IMG/VR virus record: IMGVR_UViG_3300011116_001227
Strand: one strand, 5' to 3'
Source of the DNA: a virus
Lineage: Duplodnaviria > Caudoviricetes
DNA length: 64,000 bases
Shown piece after piece: positions 34,468 to 44,722 of this stretch (the first letter of the stretch is position 1; each line of letters begins with the position of its first letter). The notes below the pieces were generated by a model. That model was not told the origin of the DNA and did not search any database. It saw only the letters and a list, made by a program, of their open reading frames with translations. The position numbers and the translations under genes are program-made.

Positions 34468-37053
34468 TTATGCGCACTTTGACCAACCGCAAGATACACA
34501 GGTGGCACATCCTTCTTTATAAACAATTCCTTCAAGACCACAAGAACCACAGACCTTGTCGGAATTTGATTTTGTTCCATCTGGAATATAGCTCTTTAGA
34601 ACACGAGCTATCGCCTTAGAGAAAGACTGCATTCCGCTGTGTTTATCTTTCTGTAACTGTTCAACAACATATTGAACAGGTACTCCGTGACGAAGAGCAA
34701 GCGAAAGGGTGCGAGTCATTGCTCCATGGTTTGGATTTGAAAATAATTCTACGACATCCTTGAACAGAAGGTGATCATCGTCTCCAACTGGGATTTGAAG
34801 GTTATATGTTGCTACGCCGTCCTTCTTACCGTTCTTGATCAGTGTTCCAGTCTTGGATTTCTTTGGAACTTCAACATGTTGGGATAGGCCGCAGAAGATC
34901 TCGTAAGGATTTCCTTCAAGCTTACCAACCAACACCAAGTAGCTCTCGTTGTCACCACCTGCCCTCACGTTAATTCGATGAATATCGCAGGTTAATTCCT
35001 TGGGTCGCTTTGGCGCATGACTTTCTACCATGGTCTCTGGTTGACCATCAACATCTGCTTTCTTTTCTTCGGGCTTTGTCTCGGCCACAAGAACACCTGT
35101 TCGGCAACCATCACGGTATACAGTGAATCCTTTACAACCTGACTCCCAAGCTGACATGTAAACTTCAGCGACTAAATCTCTTGAAACGTCGTTAGGCAGA
35201 TTACAAGTTTTTGAAATTGCATGGCACACCCATCGTTGTGCAGCTGCCTGTAATTTAACGGAATTTTTCCAGTCAATGTCGTTTGCTGTTCCACCACAAT
35301 ATGGAGACTCTGCAACGTTCTCCTCAGTCTTGTGGTTGACCTCCATCCATTTCTTAAATGCATGGTGGTAGACCATGAACTCCTGCCACTTATCGCCGAG
35401 TGGATCGACGAAGTCAACCTTAACATTAGGATCATCACCGTTGACCTTCTTGCGGCGCTTGTAGAACAACATGAATGCCGGTTCGATACCGGATGTGGTC
35501 TGGGTAAGAACCGAGACTGATCCGGCAGGAGCTGTTGTTGTCAAGGCAATGTTTCTACGGCCGAACTTCTTGTAATCAGCCACGAGATCTGGATTTGCCG
35601 CTAGAATCTGTTGGATGAAGGGATGATCTGCTTCAAGCTCGTGAGAGAACATAGGGAATGCTCCACGTTCCTCGGCCATCAGTATCGAAGATCGGTACGC
35701 ATACATGGCAACATTCTTATAGATCGATTCAGTCATCTCGATGGATGTATCTGATCCGTATACAAAATTCATGGCGGCTAGGGTATCTCCGATTGCCGTT
35801 ACGCCAAGACCCGTCCTTCGACCACCAAGAGTTGCTGACTTAATTTTTTTCCAAAGGTTGATCTCAGGTTTCTTAACATCTTCGGACTCAGGATCTTCTG
35901 AGATCTTGTCTATGATCTTATCTACGGCTTCAGCTTCAAGATCGACAAGGTCGTCCATCAGTCGCTGAGCCTTGACAATTACCTCCTTGAAGGCGACTGT
36001 GTCAAACGATGCTGCAGAAGTGAATGGATTCTTAACAAACTTATAGACATTGACGAGCAACAATCTGCAAGAATCGTATGGAGACAAAACAAGTTCTGCG
36101 CAAGGATTGCATGAGACGCTTCCATAACCTACACTTGCATATGCTTCGGTAGGAGTACGCTTCTTGACAGTGTCCCAAAACAGAAGACCGGGTTCGGCTG
36201 ATGACCAAGCGGCATCGATTATCTGATCCCAAATTTTTTTTGCTTTGACAATCTTTATTACCTTTGCTTCTGCTAAAGGAACATCAACTGGCCATTGTAA
36301 TGTAAAATCGATGTCATCTTTTACGGCTTGCATGAATTCATCGGTGAGACGAATCGAAATATTGGCTCCGGTCACTTTCTTAAGATCACGCTTAATGTTG
36401 ATAAAAGTTTCAATTTCGGGATGTTTTATGGAAATAGTTTGCATGAGGGCTCCACGTCTTCCACCTTGCGCAACCTCACGGCACGTGTTGGAGAATCGTT
36501 CCATAAAGACACCAATGCCATCTGTTGTACCCGCAGCATTTGCTGTATTCATACCCTTAGGACGAATCGTAGAAATATCAAAACCTACTCCGCCTCGACG
36601 CTTCATGATCTGAGCTTGTTCTTGATCAGCGAAAAGAATTCCGCCGTAAGAATCCTGGGGCGAATCGATGACGAAACAATTTGATAGAGATTGTAGCTTG
36701 TGTTCATTTCCAATCGCTGACATTGGAGAACCTTGAGGAACCACAGAACCTAGGCCGCGAGATTCCTTGGCAAGTTCTTCAAGTGACATCTTTTCGCGCT
36801 GAGAAGCATCGATGTGATCGACATCCGCAAGAAGACAGAAGATCTCCTTCTCCGTCATTGGGTTTGGATACTTTGCTTCGATCCTAGCGAATTCACGAGC
36901 CAAGCGGCGGTGCATGTCTGAAGGAGTCAACTCCAGCAGATCATCTTTTGGAGTCCTGAGGGCGTACTTATCTACGAAAACCGATGATGCTAATTCATCA
37001 CCGTTAAAATACTTGAGTGATGCTTGATATGCTTGTTCGCGTGTGTAAGACAT
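34468..37053 (-). CDS. nrdJ: Class II (AdoCbl-dependent) ribonucleotide reductase
   Basis: SNCFV, RGGVG, NPCAE, RRTGLG, TAPAGSVS, TVYRDG, C-terminal Cys-containing domain; no beta subunit in window. Confidence 0.9.
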   Translation of the reverse strand: MSYTREQAYQASLKYFNGDELASSVFVDKYALRTPKDDLLELTPSDMHRRLAREFARIEAKYPNPMTEKEIFCLLADVDHIDASQREKMSLEELAKESRGLGSVVPQGSPMSAIGNEHKLQSLSNCFVIDSPQDSYGGILFADQEQAQIMKRRGGVGFDISTIRPKGMNTANAAGTTDGIGVFMERFSNTCREVAQGGRRGALMQTISIKHPEIETFINIKRDLKKVTGANISIRLTDEFMQAVKDDIDFTLQWPVDVPLAEAKVIKIVKAKKIWDQIIDAAWSSAEPGLLFWDTVKKRTPTEAYASVGYGSVSCNPCAELVLSPYDSCRLLLVNVYKFVKNPFTSAASFDTVAFKEVIVKAQRLMDDLVDLEAEAVDKIIDKISEDPESEDVKKPEINLWKKIKSATLGGRRTGLGVTAIGDTLAAMNFVYGSDTSIEMTESIYKNVAMYAYRSSILMAEERGAFPMFSHELEADHPFIQQILAANPDLVADYKKFGRRNIALTTTAPAGSVSVLTQTTSGIEPAFMLFYKRRKKVNGDDPNVKVDFVDPLGDKWQEFMVYHHAFKKWMEVNHKTEENVAESPYCGGTANDIDWKNSVKLQAAAQRWVCHAISKTCNLPNDVSRDLVAEVYMSAWESGCKGFTVYRDGCRTGVLVAETKPEEKKADVDGQPETMVESHAPKRPKELTCDIHRINVRAGGDNESYLVLVGKLEGNPYEIFCGLSQHVEVPKKSKTGTLIKNGKKDGVATYNLQIPVGDDDHLLFKDVVELFSNPNHGAMTRTLSLALRHGVPVQYVVEQLQKDKHSGMQSFSKAIARVLKSYIPDGTKSNSDKVCGSCGLEGIVYKEGCATCVSCGWSKCA

Positions 37054-37080
37054 AAAATTAACTTTCAGTTGAGTTTTTAA

Positions 37081-38523
37081 TTATACAATGTTCTGTGAAG
37101 AAGGATTAGCTTCAGCTTTCTTTCCTGGGAATTCTTTTTTTAATTCATCCCATTTTGCTTTCAATGCTTTCTTTTGCATTTCTTCGTCAGAAGCTGTAAT
37201 AACTTCTGGTGTGTCTGCAGTTCCGACAATCTCAAATTGACTTCTTGCTGTATTGATCTTAGCTGGATAAACCAGACCATCTCTACCTGCACGGTTCTTT
37301 GCAACGTACAACCTACCCCATCCAGATGCCTTCTCGTGTGACCTTCTAGACACAGAGATGATGAAGTCACAGATCATTGCCTTGCCGTATGCTTCTGACA
37401 TGTTCGTCATGTCAATGATTTCTGCATTTGCTCCCTCTTTGTTGGATTGTGATGCAGTCCAGACAGGAATGCCATATTCCATCGCAAATCCTCTAAGCTC
37501 TTCATATACGAGCTTTAATTCATGACGCAGAGAATCAAACTGTCGAGTCGATCTCATAATGTCTGCATAATCGATAATGATGATGTCTGGTCTAAAGCCC
37601 TTCAAATCCAATCGTTCGACATGCGATCGAATAGTGAAGATGGATGCTGTGTTCGTGGGATATTCTTTAATGAATAGCCGACCAAGGTGCTTGTTATCTT
37701 CATAGAACTTTTTGACCTCATCCTTGCGATCCATGACTTCATTAGAATCCATGTCACAAAGATTAGAATCATAACGGATACCTACTGCCGTTTCAGACAA
37801 CTCAAAGGTATAGTGAAGAACATTTCTACCGTTTCTTAGTGCATTGGCACCGATCATGGTCAAGAAGTGAGACTTACCTGAACCAGAACCACCGACGACA
37901 CATAGCAGCTCTCCCTTACCAGAACCACCGTTGAGCAATTCTTTCTTATCCAATTCAGGAATACCAGTTGGAATCGTGTCTCGCTTTAGACGGGTAAACC
38001 GCGCATCCATCTCGTTAAAAAAGTCGTGGCCGACAGATGGAGCCGTTCCAATCTGGACTGCTTTTTTAATTGATTCGACGATTGCTTCGTACTTATTAGC
38101 CTGCATTTGATCAACAGCATTCTCAAGAGCTGCCTTGAGCGCTTGTTTTCGGCAGAAATCAAGTGACTTATCCTTCACAAATTGAAGGTCACCGATGTCG
38201 GGATTAGTCTTAATTCTATGAAGATATTCTACAATTTGATCTCTTAAAATCGTATCTGTGCCAGTCTTAAGATCGTCTCTAATGATTGTGACGAGCAGAT
38301 TAAGTGTAGGAAACACCTTGTATTTCTTAGAATAAGCGAAGTATCTATCAGCAAGAAATTTCAGGTAATTAATCTCGAAGTATGCGATATCGACAACTTC
38401 AGTCATTTGCTCTGCCCATTTTGTGTCTGTGAGCAAAGCTTGAACAAGCTTTTCTTGAAAAGTCTTTCCAAACTGTCCGAAAGATGCTCCGCTAGTTCTG
38501 ACTACATTTTCACTATCAGTCAT
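37081..38523 (-). CDS. Replicative DNA helicase (DnaB/T4 gp41-like)
   Basis: GGSGSGKS Walker A, IDYAD, WTASQ, KNRAG. Confidence 0.9.
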   Translation of the reverse strand: MTDSENVVRTSGASFGQFGKTFQEKLVQALLTDTKWAEQMTEVVDIAYFEINYLKFLADRYFAYSKKYKVFPTLNLLVTIIRDDLKTGTDTILRDQIVEYLHRIKTNPDIGDLQFVKDKSLDFCRKQALKAALENAVDQMQANKYEAIVESIKKAVQIGTAPSVGHDFFNEMDARFTRLKRDTIPTGIPELDKKELLNGGSGKGELLCVVGGSGSGKSHFLTMIGANALRNGRNVLHYTFELSETAVGIRYDSNLCDMDSNEVMDRKDEVKKFYEDNKHLGRLFIKEYPTNTASIFTIRSHVERLDLKGFRPDIIIIDYADIMRSTRQFDSLRHELKLVYEELRGFAMEYGIPVWTASQSNKEGANAEIIDMTNMSEAYGKAMICDFIISVSRRSHEKASGWGRLYVAKNRAGRDGLVYPAKINTARSQFEIVGTADTPEVITASDEEMQKKALKAKWDELKKEFPGKKAEANPSSQNIV

Positions 38524-39515
38524 GATGCGTCCTTAATTTTCTCTTTAAAACTTTGAATGCAGGATAAATCGTAAAAGAAACGATCGGTGTCAAAATCGTT
38601 AATTCCTTCTTTGATAAGGGACCTGATCAGCTCAATCCTATTCGACTTGGGCTCAAATGTATCGATAACATTTTGAATCTTTGAGATCTGATCTCCTGAA
38701 AGCATGCTTCCGTCAAGATGTACAAGATTCCAGTTTCTTCTAACAATTGAAGATTCATCGTAAACTCTTTTGTAGATAACACTCTCTGACGAGTGACTGG
38801 CTGCGTAGTTTAAAACATCTTGCAGCAGTGCAGATTCTTCTTTGCAGAGAAATGGAAACTTAGAAGATACAGTTTTAAAGCCTAAGCCTTTTACACCCGG
38901 AATATTGTCTGAAGTATCACCGCACAAAGCTTTTGCAATTGCAAAATTATTTGCGTGAATCTTATACTCTTTTAAGACATCATCGCTGGTGACAAAACAC
39001 TTCTTGTGCATAGAATAAACTTTTGTCTTTTCGTCTAGCAGCTGAAGCATATCTTTGTCAGAAGACACAATAATCTTTTCAGCGTTTCTAAATGGTCCTC
39101 TGCAAAGAAATGCAATGATATCATCGCCTTCACAGTTAGAAACGTAAGTCTGACAAACAGGTATAGACTTAAGCATTCTAAGAAGAGAAACAAGCTGATC
39201 TTGCTTGTTCTTTTCTGTGTCAGGAATGTCATCGCCGTAAAATCTATTTAATTTTTCAGGACGTCTATTCTTCTTATATTCTGGATATAAATTTCTGCGA
39301 CGCTGCGATCCACCACCCTCCCAAGCAATATAAACTGCGATAGGTGAAATTTCTCTGACGAGCTTCTGCAGCGTCTTTAAAAATCCTATACATCCACCCA
39401 CTTGATGACCATTGGTCGACATCTGTGGAAATGCTGCCCATGATCTGACGAATAAATTCATACCGTCAATTAAGAGAACAGGTCTCATATTTCTATTCTT
39501 TGTTAAAGAATTCAA
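38520..39515 (-). CDS. 5'-3' exonuclease / T4 RNase H-like flap nuclease
   Basis: LIDGMN, AWEG, YKKNR, EGDD, SSDKDMLQL, GDTSDNIPGV. Confidence 0.9.
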   Translation of the reverse strand: MNSLTKNRNMRPVLLIDGMNLFVRSWAAFPQMSTNGHQVGGCIGFLKTLQKLVREISPIAVYIAWEGGGSQRRRNLYPEYKKNRRPEKLNRFYGDDIPDTEKNKQDQLVSLLRMLKSIPVCQTYVSNCEGDDIIAFLCRGPFRNAEKIIVSSDKDMLQLLDEKTKVYSMHKKCFVTSDDVLKEYKIHANNFAIAKALCGDTSDNIPGVKGLGFKTVSSKFPFLCKEESALLQDVLNYAASHSSESVIYKRVYDESSIVRRNWNLVHLDGSMLSGDQISKIQNVIDTFEPKSNRIELIRSLIKEGINDFDTDRFFYDLSCIQSFKEKIKDAS

Positions 39516-39534
39516 ATTTAAAAGAAGTCATTTG

Positions 39535-39786
39535 TTAAGACTTCTGATTTTTTCTTTTTGTCTTGCTTAATTTAGATACTTCTTTTACAACTTCTTTAAC
39601 GTCTGTCTGATTAGACAAATCTTCAGAAGATGTCTTGTTGGCAGAAAAAATTTTATTTGAAAGTTTCATTTTGCTGCAATCGTCAAGCTTAGATTTTTGA
39701 GCAAAAATCTTTAAAATAGAATCTATTCTTCCAAGCATGTAGCCAGATATGAACAGCAAAAATCCAAGTGCTTCACTTATTTTCAT
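39535..39786 (-). CDS. Hypothetical protein with N-terminal hydrophobic segment
   Basis: GAGG SD, ATAGTTAG motif upstream (39801-39808). Confidence 0.5.
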   Translation of the reverse strand: MKISEALGFLLFISGYMLGRIDSILKIFAQKSKLDDCSKMKLSNKIFSANKTSSEDLSNQTDVKEVVKEVSKLSKTKRKNQKS

Positions 39787-39815
39787 GAAAACCTCGAGTT
39801 CTAACTATGCAGTTA

Positions 39816-40265
39816 CTAGACACCTGTACTTCCAAATCCGCCTTCTCCTCGATCAGTCTCAGAAATAGCTGAAGACTTCTGGAAGATGGCTTGAAAAATC
39901 GGGAAAAACATTAGCTGTGCAATCCTATCACCTTTTTTAACAATAAAATCTTCCCGGCCTGAGTTGTACAGGATCACCTTTACCTCCCCGCGGTAATCGT
40001 TGTCTACGAGACCAGGAGCATTTAATACCTGAATTCCATTCTTGGCCGCTAGACCAGACCTGGAACAAACTTGTGCTGCAAATCCAGATGGAATTTCCAT
40101 CTTCAATCCCGTACCAACAACCAATCGAGATCCAGAAGGAATTACGACGTTGTCGGTTGACATGAGATCACACCCTGCAGAACCTGATGTTTGATACGCA
40201 GGAATCAAAGAATCATCATCTGTGATTACTTTGATCCAAATTGGATTCGTTGGTCGTTCAGTCAT
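39816..40265 (-). CDS. dut: Trimeric dUTPase
   Basis: AGCDL, RSGLA, GLVDNDYRGE, DRIAQ, RGEGGFGSTG; ATG at 40265 with GGAGG SD. Confidence 0.95.
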   Translation of the reverse strand: MTERPTNPIWIKVITDDDSLIPAYQTSGSAGCDLMSTDNVVIPSGSRLVVGTGLKMEIPSGFAAQVCSRSGLAAKNGIQVLNAPGLVDNDYRGEVKVILYNSGREDFIVKKGDRIAQLMFFPIFQAIFQKSSAISETDRGEGGFGSTGV

Positions 40266-41457
40266 CTGATCCTCCGTCATCAGTAATGTTGTCATCTGCT
40301 TCATTCGAATCTACGGCAGGTCCAGCAACTAGTGTTAATGCACAATCAATTGCTTCCATCAACCATGGACCATGTTTGGCATCTCGTAGAAGTTCACCAA
40401 ACTCAGACTTGTAGAATTTCTTCTCTACAATGACCTCACCTGTCTTATCATCGACGACACTGAGTTCTTTCCACGCACCTTCTCCAGAAATATTGATTGT
40501 CTTACCTTTTCGTTTGATGAATCCAGTGTCCTTGCAATAAGAACGAACCTGGTCGAAAAGGTATTCATCCTCAACAATTCCCTTACCAAAGATGATGTCA
40601 AATTCGCACTTACGGAACGGAGGAGCAACCTTGTTCTTCTTAATCGTGGCGATAACGTGAATTCCAATAACGTTACCAGCCTTGTCCTTTACTTGCGTTC
40701 CAGATGTTAGCTTCAATCGAATTGATGCATGATAAGGAATTGACTTTCCTCCAGGCGTGACATCAGGATCTCCGTGAAGTACTCCGATAGCAGTGCGCAG
40801 CTGATTTAGACATAGAAGGGTCACATTGTTCTGTCCAATAACACCAGTGATCTTGCGCATGCCCTTTGAGATGACTCGTGCCTGAAGACCAATTGTGTTA
40901 TCCTCATACTCGCCATCCAGCTCTGCTTTAGGGGATGTCGCTGCCACAGAATCCCAGATGACTAAAATTGGAACATTCTTATCAAGGATCTGCTTGGCCT
41001 TTGTGATTGTAGACTCAATGATCGAAAACACTTCTTCTGTGCAGTGTGAATCGCAATACACAAATCGCTTACGAACATCGATTCCCATCGTCGCCAGCTT
41101 GGCAACAGGAGTTGCATTCTCGGTATCGACATAAACAACAAGACCACCAAGCTTTTGAGCCATGGCCGCTGCGTGGTAGGCAAGGTGAGACTTACCGATG
41201 GATGGCGCGCCAGAGATCTCAATGATTCGACCCTCTGGGTAACCACCATGGGTGGCATTTCGAATTGCATAGTTTAATTGAATTGAACCTGTGTCCAACC
41301 ATCGTTTGACAACAGTTGGAGCTTCATCTTCACCAAGGTTATATGCAATCCTTTGACCGAACTCTTTGTTTAGAGCCTTGATCAGGTCATTTGTCATGTT
41401 CGCTACTGTGCTGTCATCTTCAACTTCAAGATCATCAACCTTTGATTTCTTTGCCAT
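40258..41457 (-). CDS. recA: RecA/UvsX recombinase
   Basis: GRIIEISGAPSIGKS, DSVAA, QARVIS, NQLR, TPGG, KNKVAPPF. Confidence 0.92.
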   Translation of the reverse strand: MAKKSKVDDLEVEDDSTVANMTNDLIKALNKEFGQRIAYNLGEDEAPTVVKRWLDTGSIQLNYAIRNATHGGYPEGRIIEISGAPSIGKSHLAYHAAAMAQKLGGLVVYVDTENATPVAKLATMGIDVRKRFVYCDSHCTEEVFSIIESTITKAKQILDKNVPILVIWDSVAATSPKAELDGEYEDNTIGLQARVISKGMRKITGVIGQNNVTLLCLNQLRTAIGVLHGDPDVTPGGKSIPYHASIRLKLTSGTQVKDKAGNVIGIHVIATIKKNKVAPPFRKCEFDIIFGKGIVEDEYLFDQVRSYCKDTGFIKRKGKTINISGEGAWKELSVVDDKTGEVIVEKKFYKSEFGELLRDAKHGPWLMEAIDCALTLVAGPAVDSNEADDNITDDGGSDD

Positions 41458-41494
41458 ATGATCTACTATTATCTCCTTAATGTGCAAATAGTAC

Positions 41495-41527
41495 AAACGC
41501 CGAAAACCTTTTCGATTCCCGGCGTTT
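41495..41527 (-). terminator. Hairpin/terminator between SSB and recA
   Basis: Inverted repeat AAACGCCG...CGGCGTTT. Confidence 0.55.
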
Positions 41528-41548
41528 ATTAAGCATTAAGTGGTGCTA

Positions 41549-42391
41549 TCATTCACTCATAAGATCAGCAAAAGCATCATCAAGAGATTGTTTCTTGTTG
41601 CTCTTTGACTCAGACGTATCTTTCTTAGACTTCTTGTCTTGAGGTGTTGTCTTGATTTCTGATGTTAGAGAATCAAGTTCGTCTGAAACCGATGTTCCTC
41701 GAGATGTACCTTCGCTCTTGTCTGATTCAGAAGATGTTCCTCCGTTCAGCCAATTATTAAGAATTGTCTCAATTTCTTGAGTTGTCTTTAGTCGGTACAT
41801 GTCGTCTAGATTCGGAATCGTATTCAGCCAAGTTTCCATCTGCTTTGCATCCTCGTGCAACTTTGATGGACGACGAGCTGGATCAACCGTCGTATCATTA
41901 AATTGCTTGCCAGGCTGCTTAGTAATTGATACCTTTAAGTCAAATCCTTCTGTAGGAGAAAGAATATCGCCTACTTCCTCATCAAGAAAGAAGCTTAACA
42001 TTCGCTGATAGACCAACTTGCCAAAGCTCCACACCTGGACTCCCTTGTCTTCTTCGCCGCGAACGATAACAGGCGCATAGCAACGCATCTTTGGCGCCAG
42101 TTTCTTGGCAAGATTACGATCGTCTGGCTTGCCGCTACTGTACAACTTTCGAATCAAATCATTAATTGGATCAGGCTTTCCAAACTGATTTGGAGCAAGA
42201 ATACCTGCATTATCACCGATATAATAGAACCACCTCTCTGCAAAAGGTTGACCATCTGGTGAATTCTTCCATGGAAGACAACGAATCTTATGTTCACCAA
42301 GCTGTGGCTTCCACATTTGGATCGATGAGGTCTTCTTAACACCGCTAAGTTCTGCGACACGCTTCTTAATTGCTTCTAGATCAATAGCCAT
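41549..42391 (-). CDS. Single-stranded DNA-binding protein (T4 gp32-like)
   Basis: MWKP..G...IR.LP, DPI, VQVWSFGK, GFDL, acidic C-terminal tail LDDAFADLM. Confidence 0.85.
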   Translation of the reverse strand: MAIDLEAIKKRVAELSGVKKTSSIQMWKPQLGEHKIRCLPWKNSPDGQPFAERWFYYIGDNAGILAPNQFGKPDPINDLIRKLYSSGKPDDRNLAKKLAPKMRCYAPVIVRGEEDKGVQVWSFGKLVYQRMLSFFLDEEVGDILSPTEGFDLKVSITKQPGKQFNDTTVDPARRPSKLHEDAKQMETWLNTIPNLDDMYRLKTTQEIETILNNWLNGGTSSESDKSEGTSRGTSVSDELDSLTSEIKTTPQDKKSKKDTSESKSNKKQSLDDAFADLMSE

Positions 42392-42540
42392 TTCCGTTTT
42401 CCTATTCCTTTGTAATAAACGTCAATCAGCAAAAGAACAACATGTTAATTGCTGATATAACTCCTTGTCGAACACATCGAAGTGTACTTTGCTTTCTCGC
42501 AAATGTTTACAACTTTAAATTGAGCAGTTTATCGATCAAC

Positions 42541-42819
42541 TTACTTGATACGAACGTGCTTATTTTTGTGCTTTTTAACTCGCTTACCTGCGACAGGATG
42601 ATTACCAGGTTGCATGTCTGCAGAAGAAGCGCCTAGATGACCTGTATAACCTCCACCAGGCACGAGTGCAGTAGCAACTGTAGACATCTCGACTTTTTTA
42701 TCATTTGCGTCATATGAATTTGGCTTCTTTGGTTTGCTACTGCGAAGTTGATTAGGAACTCTTGCATTTCTCATTTCTTCAAGAGCCAACTCTAAAAATT
42801 CTCTCAGCAGGTCTTCCAT
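42541..42819 (-). CDS. Hypothetical protein (LLREFLELALEE leader)
   Basis: ATAGTTAA motif immediately upstream (42825-42832). Confidence 0.55.
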   Translation of the reverse strand: MEDLLREFLELALEEMRNARVPNQLRSSKPKKPNSYDANDKKVEMSTVATALVPGGGYTGHLGASSADMQPGNHPVAGKRVKKHKNKHVRIK

Positions 42820-42838
42820 ATGACTTAACTATCAGAGA

Positions 42839-43426
42839 TCAAGTATCTTTTTCCTCTTTAGTTGCAATGATATCAGCTTGATGAACAATATCAGCAAGCA
42901 TAGGCTCTCGCATCTTATAAGGAACATTTTCTTGGATGTATTGGCCATCATTCAGCTTGATCGCCAGCCATTCGTCCTGAGTTAATTTTAATCCAAAATG
43001 TTGACACAACCACACACCTCTGTCAGGTACAGTCATATAAAAGATGTCTTTGTTGTGCTTATACATCTCGCCAAGCTTTTCTCGATGCCACTCCGAATCT
43101 TGCGAAACATAGTAATCGTTCTTATGATCTCCTACCTTTCCTAGGTCGTGGAAGAGACAGCCGATGATCAAAGAATCTTTCGGGACATTCCACTCAAAAG
43201 TCTTACACAATTTCATAGCGTAAGTTAGGACTCGAAGAGAGTGATCTACTAGACCTCCAGGAAAAGCTGCATGATACTCTTTTCGTCCTGAAGCGGGGCA
43301 CAGTGCCAACCTTTCACCTAGGTGATCTACCAGAGCCAATGCTGCAGGTGATCGATCTCCAAGCTTCTCGCACAACGAACGGAACTTATCAAAGTTTGCG
43401 GCAATTTCTTCTGGTTCTAGTGACAT
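42839..43426 (-). CDS. HD-domain phosphohydrolase
   Basis: YHAAFPGGLVDHS, FHDLGK, HQAD. Confidence 0.85.
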   Translation of the reverse strand: MSLEPEEIAANFDKFRSLCEKLGDRSPAALALVDHLGERLALCPASGRKEYHAAFPGGLVDHSLRVLTYAMKLCKTFEWNVPKDSLIIGCLFHDLGKVGDHKNDYYVSQDSEWHREKLGEMYKHNKDIFYMTVPDRGVWLCQHFGLKLTQDEWLAIKLNDGQYIQENVPYKMREPMLADIVHQADIIATKEEKDT

Positions 43427-43434
43427 ATTGACCT

Positions 43435-43463
43435 ATCGTAATTCTTTTAAAATTGGTGTACAA
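43435..43463 (-). promoter_or_regulatory. sigma70-like promoter
   Basis: TTGTAC-N17-TACGAT, 8 nt before the ATG at 43426. Confidence 0.55.
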
Positions 43464-43466
43464 GTT

Positions 43467-44696
43467 TTACCTTGAAATTTCCTCAATTTTTAGAGGGAAC
43501 GCCTGATCATACCCAGGTACCTTTATCTTATTGATCTTGGCCACATCATCCAATCGATCTGGATGGACATCAAGAATCAATGCATCGTGAAGGACGTACA
43601 AGGGACGAATTCCGTCAGCGCCGAGAGAATCTAACACGCACTTAAATCCTGACAAGGACACATCAACGCCAGTGCTCTGAACGTACGTGTTGATCAGGAG
43701 ATTCTTTGCTTCGGGATCAACTGCAAGAGATCGTCCATGTCGATTTCTGATTTTTCCTCCCGTAGTCTCTGTCTCAAGCCTTGAGCGAAGACTGCTGAGA
43801 TCAAAGTAGTCGTTGATTCCTTTCACGAATGCATCAATCTTCTTTTGAGTAATTCCTAAACGAGCTCTTAGAGATTCCTTCGCGGCGCCGTATAGCTCAG
43901 AGATGATTGCGACTTTTACTGCATCTCGATTCTGTCTATCACCAAAAATCTTTTCAGCAATCTCTCCATAGATGTCCTCAGCATCGCTGCTTCGACCTGC
44001 TTCAGCCAGAACAATACGTGGTTCAAGAGCTCTAAAATCTAGCGAACAGATCGATCCGGATTTAAAAGATGTCTGTATAATAGCCCGATGCTCTCTCTTA
44101 AGTGTAAGAATATTAGGTCCTGCTGCGATTGTTAAGCGACCCGTTCGAGTGCCAAATCGATTGTAGACGGGTGTGTCTGCATAGCCGCGTGGATCGGGCT
44201 TGAAAGATGACAAGACAGAAGCATTCACTGCAGAAGATTCTAAGAAACTATGCCACTTCTCAACATCGATCTTGGCAGGTTTTAAGGCGGCGAGAACATC
44301 AGAACCTGCTGACCATGCGTTGTTGTAATAATCACAAGGTAATTCTGAAAAAGATTCTTCAATTACCTTAATTGTATTTTTAAAGTAATTTTCATAGACC
44401 GGTCTGGGTAAAACGTGCTGCCATGGAATGTTAATGTTTGACCCTGTGACAATATGAAGCATCATGTCAGTGTACTGAACAGGAAGCTGAGGAAGTTGAC
44501 GATCTTCGAGCTTTAAAAGTTCTAGAAGAGATCGAGACTTCGTCTTGTCAGATCTGCTGCTCAAAATCCACGCGTCGCTGGGAATCCTAGACGTCCATGA
44601 ATATCCATCTTCAGATCTCAAAAAATGCTTTGGGGTTCCAAAATAATAAGACTCGATGCAGTACTTGACAGACATCTCTATCTCAAAAAGATACAC
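43467..44696 (-). CDS. Minimal family A DNA polymerase-like protein
   Basis: RTGRL, motif A DFRALEPR, motif B RDAVK....ELYG, motif C LHDAL; no exonuclease domains. Confidence 0.75.
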   Translation of the reverse strand: MYLFEIEMSVKYCIESYYFGTPKHFLRSEDGYSWTSRIPSDAWILSSRSDKTKSRSLLELLKLEDRQLPQLPVQYTDMMLHIVTGSNINIPWQHVLPRPVYENYFKNTIKVIEESFSELPCDYYNNAWSAGSDVLAALKPAKIDVEKWHSFLESSAVNASVLSSFKPDPRGYADTPVYNRFGTRTGRLTIAAGPNILTLKREHRAIIQTSFKSGSICSLDFRALEPRIVLAEAGRSSDAEDIYGEIAEKIFGDRQNRDAVKVAIISELYGAAKESLRARLGITQKKIDAFVKGINDYFDLSSLRSRLETETTGGKIRNRHGRSLAVDPEAKNLLINTYVQSTGVDVSLSGFKCVLDSLGADGIRPLYVLHDALILDVHPDRLDDVAKINKIKVPGYDQAFPLKIEEISR

Positions 44697-44722
44697 AGCT
44701 GTCTAAGAATTGTTTAACATTA

